Assembly: GCF_964204645.1 (NCBI RefSeq)
Contig: NC_134030.1
Location: forward strand, 7,793,122 to 7,857,121
Direction: 5' to 3'
From: Tubulanus polymorphus
Lineage: Eukaryota; Animalia; Nemertea
Length of the DNA stretch: 64,000 bases
Position numbers and translations under genes: made by a program. The notes under the pieces are model-generated. The model was given only the letters and a program-made list of their open reading frames with translations. It did not search any database and was not told the DNA's origin. Shown in pieces: positions 51,501-64,000 of the stretch; the stretch's first letter is position 1; each line of letters starts with the position of its first letter.

Positions 51501-51731
51501 AATATTTTGTCAACATTTTTGAGGCATGTCAGAAATTTTGAGGGACCATGAACTGTATCCAACCTTGTTTTATCTAAGAAACCAGGATGCTTTATAAAGA
51601 TAGTTAAGTGTATTTTTTCAGGAACTGTGACATATATATTGAGAAGACGTCGCGCAAAAGCTCGATCCCAAAACGAAATAAAACATGAACCGGCTGTTAT
51701 GAACAACCCTGTGTACGAATCAATAAAGTAA
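39561..51731 (+). CDS. Shortened paralogue (copy 2): SP-EMI-13xEGF-TM-NPxY, ~656 aa; a pseudogene is not excluded
   Basis: Stop-free, phase-consistent exons: 39561-39631, 42281-42379, 42492-42565, 42650-42742, 44178-44300, 44588-44686, 44784-44906, 45282-45404, 45804-45926, 46088-46210, 46341-46463, 47135-47257, 48302-48400, 48496-48618, 48797-48919, 49289-49411, 51098-51129, 51205-51268, 51622-51731 (1971 nt). Tail ...[10 protein letters not shown]. Decayed exon remnants at ~46645, ~49570, ~49815 and ~50680. Confidence 0.68.
40331..40672. mobile_element. Non-autonomous element with repeated palindromes TTTTCTCGCGCGAGAAAA
   Basis: About six TTCTCRCGYGAG palindromic units; absent at the equivalent position of copy 3 (~63683); related partial copy at 47760-47890. 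Confidence 0.6.
41480..41960 (-). mobile_element. RTE-like LINE 3' fragment
   Basis: Minus strand reads [12 protein letters not shown]...[12 protein letters not shown], resembling the RW.WIGH.LR...GKR.RGRPK.TW.R C-terminus of RTE-clade ORF2. Confidence 0.55.
47390..47760. repeat. Degenerate C-rich (CCCTAA/CTCTAAA-like) simple repeat
   Basis: Many CCCTAA, CCTAAC and CTCTAAAC variants. Confidence 0.7.
50860..51060 (-). mobile_element. Short LINE 3'-end-like insertion specific to unit 2
   Basis: (ATTTG)n tail plus a stem-loop (GGGCCTGT...ACAGGTCC); absent from the homologous intron of copy 1. Confidence 0.45.
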
Positions 51732-52225
51732 CTTACCGAATCAAAAAATCTTTTAGAACGATAATCTGACTAACTCAAGATATATCAATTCCAGATTATG
51801 TCTTTTCTTCGATTTGAAAGTTTCATTTTTATATACTTAAAGGAAACGTCTAATTAGTAAAGCAATTCGCACACGATATATCGTACCGTTTTATTTATAC
51901 ACATTATATTAGTAGCAGGATTTGATATCCAGGAGAATAGATTACACTTACTTGTTTCAAATCGGACGTTTAGCACACTTTAATTCGATGGAATTTTTGG
52001 AGTCCAGTTTTGAATTCGTACATAATTCGCAATGACACCATGATATCACTATACCGTACCATTGTACCAGTCTTACGAGAATATTTTATTTTCTGTTTTA
52101 TATTTATTAGAAATCCTTGTGATATTTAAGTAAATATATAGTTTTTTTAGTATCGAAAGCGATGTGATTGTTTCGTAATATGGATTTAATTTCTCGCCAT
52201 CCTCACCATTTCACGTTTCCTTAAT

Positions 52226-52635
52226 TTACGCTGAACATTTTAGGCAACCACATTCCGACGGTTCCATGTAAGAAAATTTTACGTATCCAGGAATATTATT
52301 CCCAAGTCCATCCAAACACGCCTCTAAATTCACTGACCGCTTCACTGTCTGGTGTTCACGACAACAGAGGCAGCGCTGTGGAAATGGAATAAAAGATGAT
52401 GGATATGTTAAAGGATCATCCATTTTCGGGGCACGTTTAATCATAGTTTTGTGAGCCAAGAAATTTCCAAGAACGCAGGATTGAAAAAAAATCCATTCAT
52501 GATTAATTACCTTTCTGAAACCAGAGTGATGAGTAACACTTGGCCAGACCTGTGACACTCAGCGTCCTTCGCACTTTTTAACCACCACTGTACCAAAAAA
52601 ACCGACCGGAATTTCGACGCCGTTTTGCGGATGCA
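52226..52635 (-). pseudogene. pburs: Bursicon-beta-like pseudogene (unit 2)
   Basis: Last exon intact and close to copy 1. Upstream exon has Cys to TGA (GR*VSQ) and Cys to Phe changes, plus a ~460-bp deletion removing the start codon and signal peptide (copy-1 ~36350 joined to ~36807). Confidence 0.9.
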
Positions 52636-54020
52636 GTGTTCGTTAAAATGTTCAAACCTAAGACTTTTGAATATTGATATACAAGTTCACGTAGTATTTT
52701 CTTGTCTGCTTGTGAAACATTTGTCCTTTAATTTTATCAATTTTCAATCCTGTCAAGAAAATATGTGCGATATATTTGAAAAACCATCTGTATTAGAGAC
52801 AGACCATCACAAGAAACGTTCAACTCGTGCATGCTTATGACAATGACTAATTCTGCTACTTAATCCTAATCGTCATGACTCCCATACGACGAGAACTTGA
52901 TATGATTAATTTGACTAATGTAACAGCGTTCTAGTCTGCGACTGTTAACCTCAACTGATTTTTTAATCAAGGATTACTCAAATTGTTTCCCGTTATAACT
53001 TTAAATCACTCCCTTGTGCAGAAATCCTTTGATTTGCCCTTTGTAAGTGTATCTCGCCTATTTTAAGATCATAGGTAAAATGATAATTCAGTTGATAGAT
53101 ACGTCACCATTGTGTTGATCGCTATCATAAAAAGAATCGTTCACTTTCCGTCGTAAATAATTGATTGTAAAACCGAAAACGGGCTATAAACACGTCCAAA
53201 ATGGATATGGTTACCGAGTCAGAGGATCTTTTATGGATTCAGCAATTACTTGAAAGACGCTTCTATTTCACCCTATTAAGCTCGCTAGTTTGTTTTTTGT
53301 TGTATCGTTTTGATTTACTTATTGAAACATTTATTTAGTGTTCATTATTCTCGCGTCTATTTCTACGTCCATATGAATGAATAGATGATTTATGATTTAG
53401 GTATGATTTAGGTATGTGTTCTAAGTTCGCATTCTCCTCGTAAAATTGCCCTTCCAAGTTCATATATGTAAACGATGGAATACACTGAATTCATTACTTT
53501 CTGACAAGATATCGTTCATTAAAAGACAAAAGAATGATTGAGATTGAACATACGTCCCTTAACGATTTCGATTACACGGTGATCTGTAAGTCCTAGAATT
53601 GAATCAAACGAATTGAGTAATCATATCATTCATGTGTGACATGTAAAAAAAGCTATAAGCAGATGTTATATTTGTAAATCTAAGATCTAAATATGAATAT
53701 AATATAATACTATTATGATATCAACGGCTTATGATATTCATAAATGTTATGCATACTATACATAATATGACATTCAAATGAATTTATATATCCGTTTCCC
53801 CAGTGACATCAACTCGTCCTATGTATACTCGTCCACTATAGAGTATGCTTTGCAGTCGGGGCGGGGTGGAAGTTACATTTATGAAGAGCGAAAGTGTATC
53901 CTAGACGGGTCATGACCAGGAGAACTATGTACACCATGATCTCTGGATGTAGTCGACCACTTAACCTGACCATGGCAATCCCGTCATCTATGTACTGAGA
54001 GTTAGCTAGCTTAGCTAGAG

Positions 54021-55690
<1,670 letters not shown>

Positions 55691-55723
55691 TCGTTCCGCG
55701 TTATTATTATTTCCGACGCTTTC

Positions 55724-56666
55724 CTATTCCATATCGAGGGTGGCACGTGCCTCGCGCAAGGCATCACTCACGTCACCGACATCGCTATTGTGCCTCTGTT
55801 CGCGATCGATAACAATCTGGCTGTCCAGCCCGTTCTTATTAAGTCTGGATGGGGGTGTCGTTGAATCTTTCTCATTGAATTGGAACAAGCGGTTGTTCAG
55901 GTAAAGTTTGTCTCCAATGAAATGAAATTTATCACCTCTGGTAATTGCCTCCTCCACAACGTTGTTGTACGCTTTTCTACGTTCTCGGATTTCTTTAGGG
56001 ACTTGTTGGGCGATTCTAAGACCACGAGATTTCAGAAGTGCGGATTTTCCACGAATTTCTTCCCTATCAGATTAAAAGTGGAACTTAACGACAATCGGTC
56101 GCACAGTTCCAGCACTATATTTTCCGACACGGTGTGCACGTACAAACTTTATTCTGTCACGCGCATCATTTATTCCAGCCTCCGACGTTAAAATGTTGTA
56201 GATTCTATCTGCCACGATTTCATCTTTTTCCTCCTGCACGACGAAAAAGAGGAGGTTATCCCTCATAGATCGTGATTGTAAGTCGAGCACGGTATTGCTC
56301 AACTTCACGTTTTCCATGCGTAAACGGCCAACTTCGGCGGTCAATGTACCGATTTTTTCATTCGTGATTTTGTAATCAGTCGACAGTTGGCCATATTTTG
56401 TGCACAGATTTTCCATTGCCTTTTCGATTGGCTCCAACCGATTTAATTTCGTTGACATGTCGCTCAACATAGCAACAATATCACCGAGACTCGCATTGCT
56501 GTCATTTCCGCTGTCTATATTAGGCTTATCACCGTGATCACTCGATTCGGATGAACAGTCACCTATGTCACCAGTACATTCTGGATTCTTGTTAGGGGTC
56601 TTTTTCTGATCACGACGTTTTACCGCGGTAACATCAGATCCAGACTTATTGCGTTCTTTTTACCAT
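55724..56666 (-). pseudogene. LINE ORF1p (coiled coil-RRM-CTD), with stops
   Basis: ORFs 56072-56470 and 55724-55957 plus upstream MVKRTQ*...; ends GDKLYLNNRLF, typical of this ORF1 class. Confidence 0.8.
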
Positions 56667-56817
56667 TTCCACCAACCATAGTGCACGTCCACAGTACCAA
56701 TGATGCGATATAACGAAAAAATCCACAAAAAAACTTACACCGGACCACCTTAAACCAACTTTTAAGCGGAGCTTCGGAAATGTGTTTGTGTCTACACCGC
56801 CATTTTGATATCCATAT

Positions 56818-57558
56818 CTAATAGGTAAAAACCCACCCTCCGAAAGTAAAACCAAAATATTTTCGACTCGCTTTTTTGACGAGGACGTGATCGTATCCTG
56901 ATTTCTCGTCAAGAGTGAACATGAGCGTATCTTCAAAAATCAACTTTGGCAGGTGTTTTAAAGTTTCGAGGGAAAAAGGTGAATCTTTTATCCAGAGGTT
57001 TAGAAAACGTTGATCATGACAAAGTCTAGGTTTCGAAGGCTCAATTGTGAGGGGAATTATCAGAGTGGGCATTTCGCATTCACCCAAACGGCCCAAGAGT
57101 GAAATGGATCCATTTACTATCCTTTGATTTATGGTCTCTATAATGAATTTTGGATGTTGACTGCAGATCTTATTATTTTGTAAAAATTCTGTAGGGGGCA
57201 ATGGTGAGTTGTATGGTTTCCCTTTGAAGTTCCCTTTGAACGGTTGGAAAAAATCGTGGATATCAACACCATCCCTTATCCATGAAATGATCGTCTCCGC
57301 TAGCGGGTGGTCATAGAGTATTTTCACCCATTCATCCACGTGGTTTGAGAGTTCGCCAGCTATGAAGTAAGAGGGGTCCCTTAAGGGAAGTTCACCAAGT
57401 CGCACGGTTTTAGGGTGAAAGTACAATTCCTCTGCAGAGATTGTTTTACCCGAAGAACCTGGGATTTTCCCTCCTAGGGTAGTCCATTTCGGATATCGGA
57501 GATCATCCTTCGGAAAAAGGGGCACGAAATTTAACTCTCTTTCCCAGGCTGGGATGGT
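56818..57558 (-). pseudogene. DIRS-like reverse transcriptase N-terminal part
   Basis: W...GVDI..FF..F.G.F.G, KPRLCHDQRFLN, LDEKSGYDHV and YFGF motifs; truncated at the LINE junction before the YxDD motif. Confidence 0.8.
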
Positions 57559-57870
57559 TCAAGATTGCGTCTGGAGAAGAAAATAGCACAGAAGCGATTC
57601 TAACAGAGCTGCCAAGCTTTACTAATGAACTTCATCGAATAACAGAACACAAATGTGTCAAAGATGATGATTAGAAATTATTGATACTTTCATGGATGAA
57701 AGGCGGGATTGCGGGACAAAAATCATCTGAATACGGTGAAGCGATATAAATACTGCTAAACGGGATCCAGTATTCCCCTTCATAGATTACACGCTAGAAA
57801 AATGGAAACAAGAAATTAATATTACTGAGACGATAAACATCTAGGGGAATTATTTCACCTGGGCTACTTA

Positions 57871-58917
57871 TTACTCATTTGATTTTTGTTCCGCAATCTT
57901 GGCTTTCTTCATCTTTTCACAACTTCGGTAAAAGTGGTCGTGTGCACCACAAAAATAGCAAGATGTGCGGCCCTGATTGGCGTTAGTCATCCTGTAACGG
58001 GGGGTCCCATATCCACCCCTGAAGGGCCTCGAAGGGCTATAAAGGTTCAAAAGTGGGGACTGTAATCTCCTCTGGGAATCCTTTTCATCATCATTATGGG
58101 AGGATTTTTTAGGGTTTTTTAGGCATTTTTGCATGATGCGCATAACTCTTCCCGTTTCTGATCCCCCTAAAGTGGCTAAACAAAAGTTTCCCACATCGAC
58201 TTTCGATTTGTCTTTTTTCCGCCTGTCTAAAAACCGCTGAGTAAAGTCCGGCATCCTTGTGCCCCTCCTCGCGGGCCGTGGAGGCAAGATCTTCTAAAGC
58301 CGCGATGATGAGGCAGTCACTCGTGTCCCCCTGACAAGACAAACTCCGGACTCTTTTTAAGGCAGAGTTGACACGTTGTTCGGAATTTGACTGTATTAAG
58401 TCAGAGAGTTTTCGTTTCAATACCTTAACTTCCGGGTATGCAACGGGGTCATTCGTGGGGGCTTCCTCGTCTTCAACATCTTCTACCATTTCACATCTTG
58501 TGCAAGTAGAGGTGGATGCAACCGCCATGGGGGGTTCTCCGGTCTGCAAAGATAATACACACAGGAGGTTTGACTATGACGAGAGGGGAAATTAAAACCC
58601 ACTCTAAACCCACCTTTTTGGATTTCTTGCCCTTGCCTTTTCTTTTCCCACTAATGCCGTCCTCCTGTAGGGGTTGGCCCGGCGGGGCTCCAAATTCATT
58701 AGCATGCACCACCGCAAAGTGCAAGTTTCTTGCCGTTCTGGTCGTTAACCTCGAGGTTGGCAAGGTCCAGAATCTCAGATATTGATTCTCCAGTTAACTT
58801 CTTGAACCACAACGCTGTTTCCTCTGTCTGAATATCCGGCGTCCCTTTCAATATCCTGATGACAGGTAGCAGGTTAGCACCCTTAAGTGTGTGCCCCTTC
58901 TTTAAGGTGCAAGACAT
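57871..58917 (-). pseudogene. gag-like ORF1 of the DIRS element with CX2CX4HX4C knuckle; frameshifted, probable intron 58544-58613
   Basis: CYFCGAHDHFYRSC near the C-terminus; overlapping ORFs 58699-58941, 58491-58763, 58109-58549 and 57871-58287. Confidence 0.65.
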
Positions 58918-59890
58918 CTGAAAGTAGAGACGAGGAAACAATATAAATATCGAACCAAGCTGGAAGAGATTCGACCTGGGGCAACTGCCACCCCCAGTAA
59001 AACTATTAATAGAAGAAATTACATGAAAAAGAGCTAGGAAAATTCACAACAAAGGGGGTGGGAAGCCCCAGGTCGATCTCACGTGAACGAAGTCCACAAG
59101 GGTATAAGTCACCCCGAGAACGACGAGGAAAATCCCAGAAAGTAAGAAACGATAATTTACCTTCAAGCACGGATTCTCTGTGATTCAACAGCACAATCAA
59201 AAGCGCAGAAGTGAGTGACACAACTCGGGACCGGCTGGAAAATTTATACTTTGTGGACAATGCAAACCACTACCCCGAAACAGAAATGCGGGCTGTGAGA
59301 CACGTCAAATGGAACGGAAAATCCGCTTAGTGAATTCACACGTCAGTTCGATTAAAATGCAAGACTCTAGTGGTGCCGTTCTTGAAGCTCATTTCCTTTC
59401 CTGAAAGGCGTTCGAAAACTCTTAAATTTATAACAATGTAAAGCCGCATATAAAGAGGGGTGAGGGGATTTGGTTGACTGCAGTGGTAAACGGCCAAGGG
59501 CCGGAACATCGCGATGCCACAAAAAGGGGGGGGTGCGAATCGAAACAAAAGATTCGCGGTCTCACTATCGGCACTAAATGAACAGCTTAAAATGCAACGC
59601 GAGGCACACCAAATATGACGTAGACGGACGATAATAGACTCAAACGAGTGTCGCTTCAGAAAATCCTTGAATGTTTATGAGTTCCCGTGCACTAAAGGTT
59701 ATACAACTAAGGGGTTAACCGCTAAGGGGTTAACACGAGCCTAAGGTCAAGAACATATAGACCAAGCTTGTACCGAAAGAATTTCCTGTACACCGAAGTT
59801 ACATATTCCTTCTGCATTCTTAAACGCTAAAATACGTCAACTAATCTAGGAAACGTCGGGCATAACGGTACAATACCGATAGCAAATAGC

Positions 59891-60122
59891 AAACCTCACT
59901 AGCTGGCGCACGAATACCAAACCTCACTAGTTGGCGTAGAAAACTATGAGCCCAACCTCACTAGTTGGCGCACGAATACCCAACCTCACTAGTTGGCGTA
60001 GAAAACTATGAGCCCAACCTCACTAGTTGGCGCATGAATACCCAACCTCACTAGTTGGCGTAGAAAACCATGAGCCCAACCTCACTAGTTGGCGCACGAA
60101 TACCCAACCTCACTAGTTGGCG
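59891..60122. repeat. 62-bp tandem repeat x4 (eight AACCTCACTAGTTGGCG cores with two alternating linkers)
   Basis: Linkers CACGAATACCC and TAGAAAACTATGAGCCC alternate. Confidence 0.95.
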
Positions 60123-61088
60123 TAAAAACTTATGAAAATAGGCAAAGAAAAAATAAAAGAGAGCTCACCCGAAAAGCAGACTGAAGGGAAGGACGTCTTC
60201 AGGCAAAGTGTGTAGTGTCAGGTTATTACATTGGTGTCGCTGATGTCACTGAGAAACTGAAAAGCTATCATACTGAGAATCGTGTGTTTGTCCGCGTGTA
60301 AGGTATGTCTGACGATAAGGTGTTCTGTTACTGACGCCGTGTGACCAATAGATACGCCGTATTGGCATTGAAGGACTTCCATGTTCTATCCAAACAGTTG
60401 TACTAAAACGAGTAAGTTTGAAATACCTAATCGAACCCTTCCCGATCATCTGCTGAATTGGAAATCTACTGCTATATTGAATCACAACGGCAATTAATAA
60501 ATGAAACGTGTTTTTCTTTTCTTTAGAAGGCTTCGTTCGTCGCACAATTAATGAAAACATTTAATGACGAGTCCAACACAAAATTCCCACATATCATTGA
60601 ATGTTCAAATTGAAGGAAACCACACCGAGGAATAAAATGGAACATGCGGTCTATTGATGCGAGGACTGTAAAGGAAGTTGTAGATTCATCGCCAGTCGCC
60701 GCTGTGTCCGGCCGAGTGAATTAAAATGTTTCTTTCGAATTCATTTTCAAGAAATCATTACTCCAAACGTAGCTATATTTACCACACATATTTCGTCAAA
60801 TGGTACAAGTTCATAAAATTGTAGGCACGAAATAAAAAGCATTGCATGGCTACGTTTTAGTCAAAAAAAGTTCGAGTTTTGGCTCCGTAATCTCCCATAG
60901 GAAATGAGATCCTAAAGCAGTGATATGTGGCCCTTCCGGATAGTTCTCGTGGAAAGAAATTATGGCCAGCTACAAAATGCAGAAAAACATTAATTGAAAA
61001 CCGATAAAGAAATAAATTTTGTTTTTCATACCAGACTCGCAACTTATTTTGCAGAATGCGGATTAAATTTTCATCTTTTTGTGACTAC

Positions 61089-62049
61089 CGACGTCTAACT
61101 TCAGCAACGGACTTTTTGCGCGTTGCCAATTTCACAAAAACTGAAAATTCAAACGATTGAATTTATGTGTTAATACCAGTTTATTTTACGTCTTAATCAG
61201 TTGGATAGCAGGCACAGAGTGTATGATAATTAGTTACAGTATACACAGAATAGAATCGAATATTATACTACTTGATTACTTATACTTCATCAGATCGTAA
61301 CTGAGATTGTCCTACAATGACTTTTCTTTAACTACATACTTAATACAAAGGCCTATTTCTACAAACAAATAATCATTAGCTGTCATTTTAGATTAAATAC
61401 CTAATCTATAAAAATTGACTCTCAGTACCTAATTTACGTAATACATAAAGGTCTGATATCTCAGCTAAGCCTAGGTACACATTTATGCCAAAACATATGT
61501 AAAATTTAACTATGAAAAATTGAGGTAACTCACCTGAAAATTCAAACGATTGAATTTATGTGTTAATACCAGTTTATTTTACGTCTTAATCAGTTGGATA
61601 GCAGGCACAGAGTGATCAAATCTGTGATGCCAAAAACCAAGTTGATTAAGACACTCCCATCAAGGAATTAGTGACCACAACTTCTAGCGATTGGTTCATC
61701 CAAATCTTAGTGACATATTAAGACACTAATTACCTGATGAGAGCTAAACTAGTTGCGAGGGCAGGTTAGTTGAGAATTGTTTATATTGCTATTACATCAC
61801 TTATTCAAAAATAGTGCCAGTTCGCTGGGCAGACAAAATACTCACTAAACAAGACAGCCTACTTGAGCTGCCAAAACGGTATCCGGGTAAAAGTGACAAA
61901 GACTAAGGGTTAGATCCATTAATGGACATAGGAAAAATCTACAAATATGTTTTCTTAGCTACAAATGACCTGGCAAAATATTGATTACAATATTTAAACA
62001 TAAAAACACAATCCGCAGTTCCAGATAAAAATACTCCTTGCTAAATAAC
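61089..62049. mobile_element. ~960-bp insertion with an internal ~80-bp direct repeat (61141 and 61534)
   Basis: Empty site in unit 1 at ~39046 (TGTGACTAC|TATTAAGGGG). Confidence 0.55.
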
Positions 62050-62104
62050 TATTTAAGGGGTTACTTTTTCAATCCCTTAGCCAGGTTACCTCTGCTGAAA
62101 AAGC

Positions 62105-62490
62105 GTAAGTTCCTTCGTACGTCTTGGACTATCTCAGCGAGATTCGGAAGGAGCAGTCTCATGCACGGCTTGCTTCTAAGTACTCAAGCAACTCCAATTT
62201 TTTTTCCATCAATATTTGCTGTTTTGATGAACGTTTGACTCACATCTTTTGATTTGGGCTTTGGGATGATCTCGGCTTGTCTTTTTGGTGTGCTTGGTGA
62301 GGTCACACGAGAGGTCCCGATCATAACCTCGTAACAGCGAACTAGGATACAACGATTTATCGGATATAAAAAATATAGATTTTTTCCACAACACAATTTG
62401 AATGACTTAATACTGGATGTAACCAACTATAGGTTATAACGGGCGGATTTTCTGGTCCCATGAAGTTCGCTGTCTAGGTTCCACCGTATA
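62105..62490 (-). mobile_element. pogo/Tigger-like transposon end fragment
   Basis: Absent at the unit-1 site (~39100); minus-strand end TACGGTGGAACCTAG...GGGACC...CGTTATAACC resembles pogo-family terminal repeats. Confidence 0.4.
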
Positions 62491-62971
62491 GTAAATAACA
62501 AAATACCTCACGAAATATCTCTCCTATTGCAAAAGAAAACACATTGGAACAATGCGCATTCAAATAGTATAAAAAAAGTATCACTAGGCACATACCCCAG
62601 GACTGGGTTTTCCGAGTTCGGTAATGACTCGTTTCAATAGCGCTTTATCATATAGGATTTGAATATCATTATTTGTCGACAGTTTAGTTGTAAACTGGAT
62701 ACAAACCAGTTCGGCAGATTGAAAAATAACATATCATAAATAGCTGCGAAATAAATTCGGCAAATGCCAAAATCGAAAAAGCCGAATTAAAAGAAATAGG
62801 GAAAAGAAATTGTAAGTATTTCTTCAACTTTCCTAAGTTTGTATAATGTCCTTCTAGGCAATATTGCTTACGATTTTGCCTCTGTCTATTCTACAAACAC
62901 TGGTAAGATTATTGATTTCATTCGCAAAATTCTAATGCTGGAATGAATGTATTTTCTATTAGAAAGATAAT

Positions 62972-63042
62972 ATGAAGATCGGTGAGTTTCTCATCCTCAA
63001 TACCGTAGTACTTACCGGACTCGACATACATTTAGTTTCAAG
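62972..63042 (+). CDS. First coding exon (signal peptide) of a third copy of the EMI-EGF membrane gene; runs off the window
   Basis: [23 protein letters not shown], one residue different from copy 2, same GTAGGT donor and conserved 5'UTR intron. Confidence 0.85.
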
Positions 63043-64000
63043 GTAGGTAAGAATTCCTTTGAATAAGAACGAATTTTCTGCTGTGAAAATAAAGTGAAAC
63101 TAGATTATATGGATATAGTCGTGGTCAAGATAAAGATTTTGATGAAATGTTCCGCAAGCCCTGTAATAAAATCTAAGTTCTTTTCGTAAACTAGCCAAGT
63201 GTATTTTCTTATTTTCATGGGTTGCTCTCAAGATCTTACTAGTTAAGAAACACGATAACATTCGTTTAAGACACCGTACATAAGTTGCTGAAAATTATAT
63301 TTATTATTCGTTTTCGCGTAGTAGAAAAACGAATCCTTTCGTTTTTGCTACTTTTGCACCCTAGCGAAAAACGAACTTTTCGCAAAAAAAACGTAAATTG
63401 ATTCAGAGATTCGCTTTTGCTATATTATTTTTCCTTTTTTGAACCATAAATTTCATTTTTTGCGCGGCATAAACGAAAGTTCGTCTTTGCTATAAGGGCG
63501 CAGAAACGAAGCTTCTGTTGTAGCGCTATAAGTTTCGTTTTGCGTTTTTCCATGATCGAGGTCATACGAAAAATAATTCACGAGGCCCTCATCAACCGCG
63601 ATACTTATCAGCCTCCATAATTGGCGCTTTTCCGAAATTCCATTTAATCATATTCAGTCAAATGTAAAATTGAATTCAAGCTTATTCCGAAATTTCGCCA
63701 ATGATTGCGACTGAAGGCAAGATCCGAAGTATATATTCATGGAAACTGTATGTGTAACAAAAAAAAAAATAATCATCCTGCAATATATTCCTGTTACGAT
63801 TTAAACATCCCGAAGCAAATATTTGAATGACGTCTTCAACAAAAGTTATATTTTTCAATTGCGATTCTCAAAAATTATGATCATATTTGGTCGTAATTTT
63901 GAATTTTGGATTACAATTCAGCACAAATGTGTGACGTGCATCATTTTCATACATAGATTTGACAAAAACAGCTTTTGCTAACTGTGTTATTCCAATCAAA

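Noticed and set aside
59891-60122. CRISPR-like repeat-spacer pattern
   Set aside because: Only two alternating linkers, so it is a 62-bp tandem repeat within a retroelement.

Overview
AT-rich genomic DNA from an invertebrate animal, with spliceosomal GT-AG introns and no prokaryotic features. 1-21 kb is non-coding: a ~160-bp-stem inverted repeat with a G.U-biased mismatch pattern (2711-3327, candidate hairpin-RNA locus), a ~9-kb 58-bp satellite (6898-15906) and transposon remnants. From ~21.8 kb the window is a tandem array of a two-gene unit: a (+) type-I membrane protein gene and a convergent (-) bursicon-beta (pburs)-like cystine-knot hormone gene. Copy 1 of the membrane gene (22210-35532, 27 coding exons, ~2621 aa by my splice model) encodes signal peptide, EMI domain, 17 EGFs, a large unassigned region (beta-rich segments plus a coiled-coil hairpin tipped by a cationic 10-Cys loop and furin sites), 2 Ig domains, a GCC/ephrin-receptor-like Cys repeat, a TM helix and an NPxY tail. 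Copy 2 (39561-51731) has lost the central region but can still splice in frame to a ~656-aa SP-EMI-13xEGF-TM-NPxY protein with a CED-1/Draper-like layout, its EGF array rebuilt by exon duplication. Its pburs partner is a pseudogene carrying a DIRS-type retroelement with a nested LINE (53791-60260). A third copy begins at 62972. All gene models were spliced by hand and no database search was possible.
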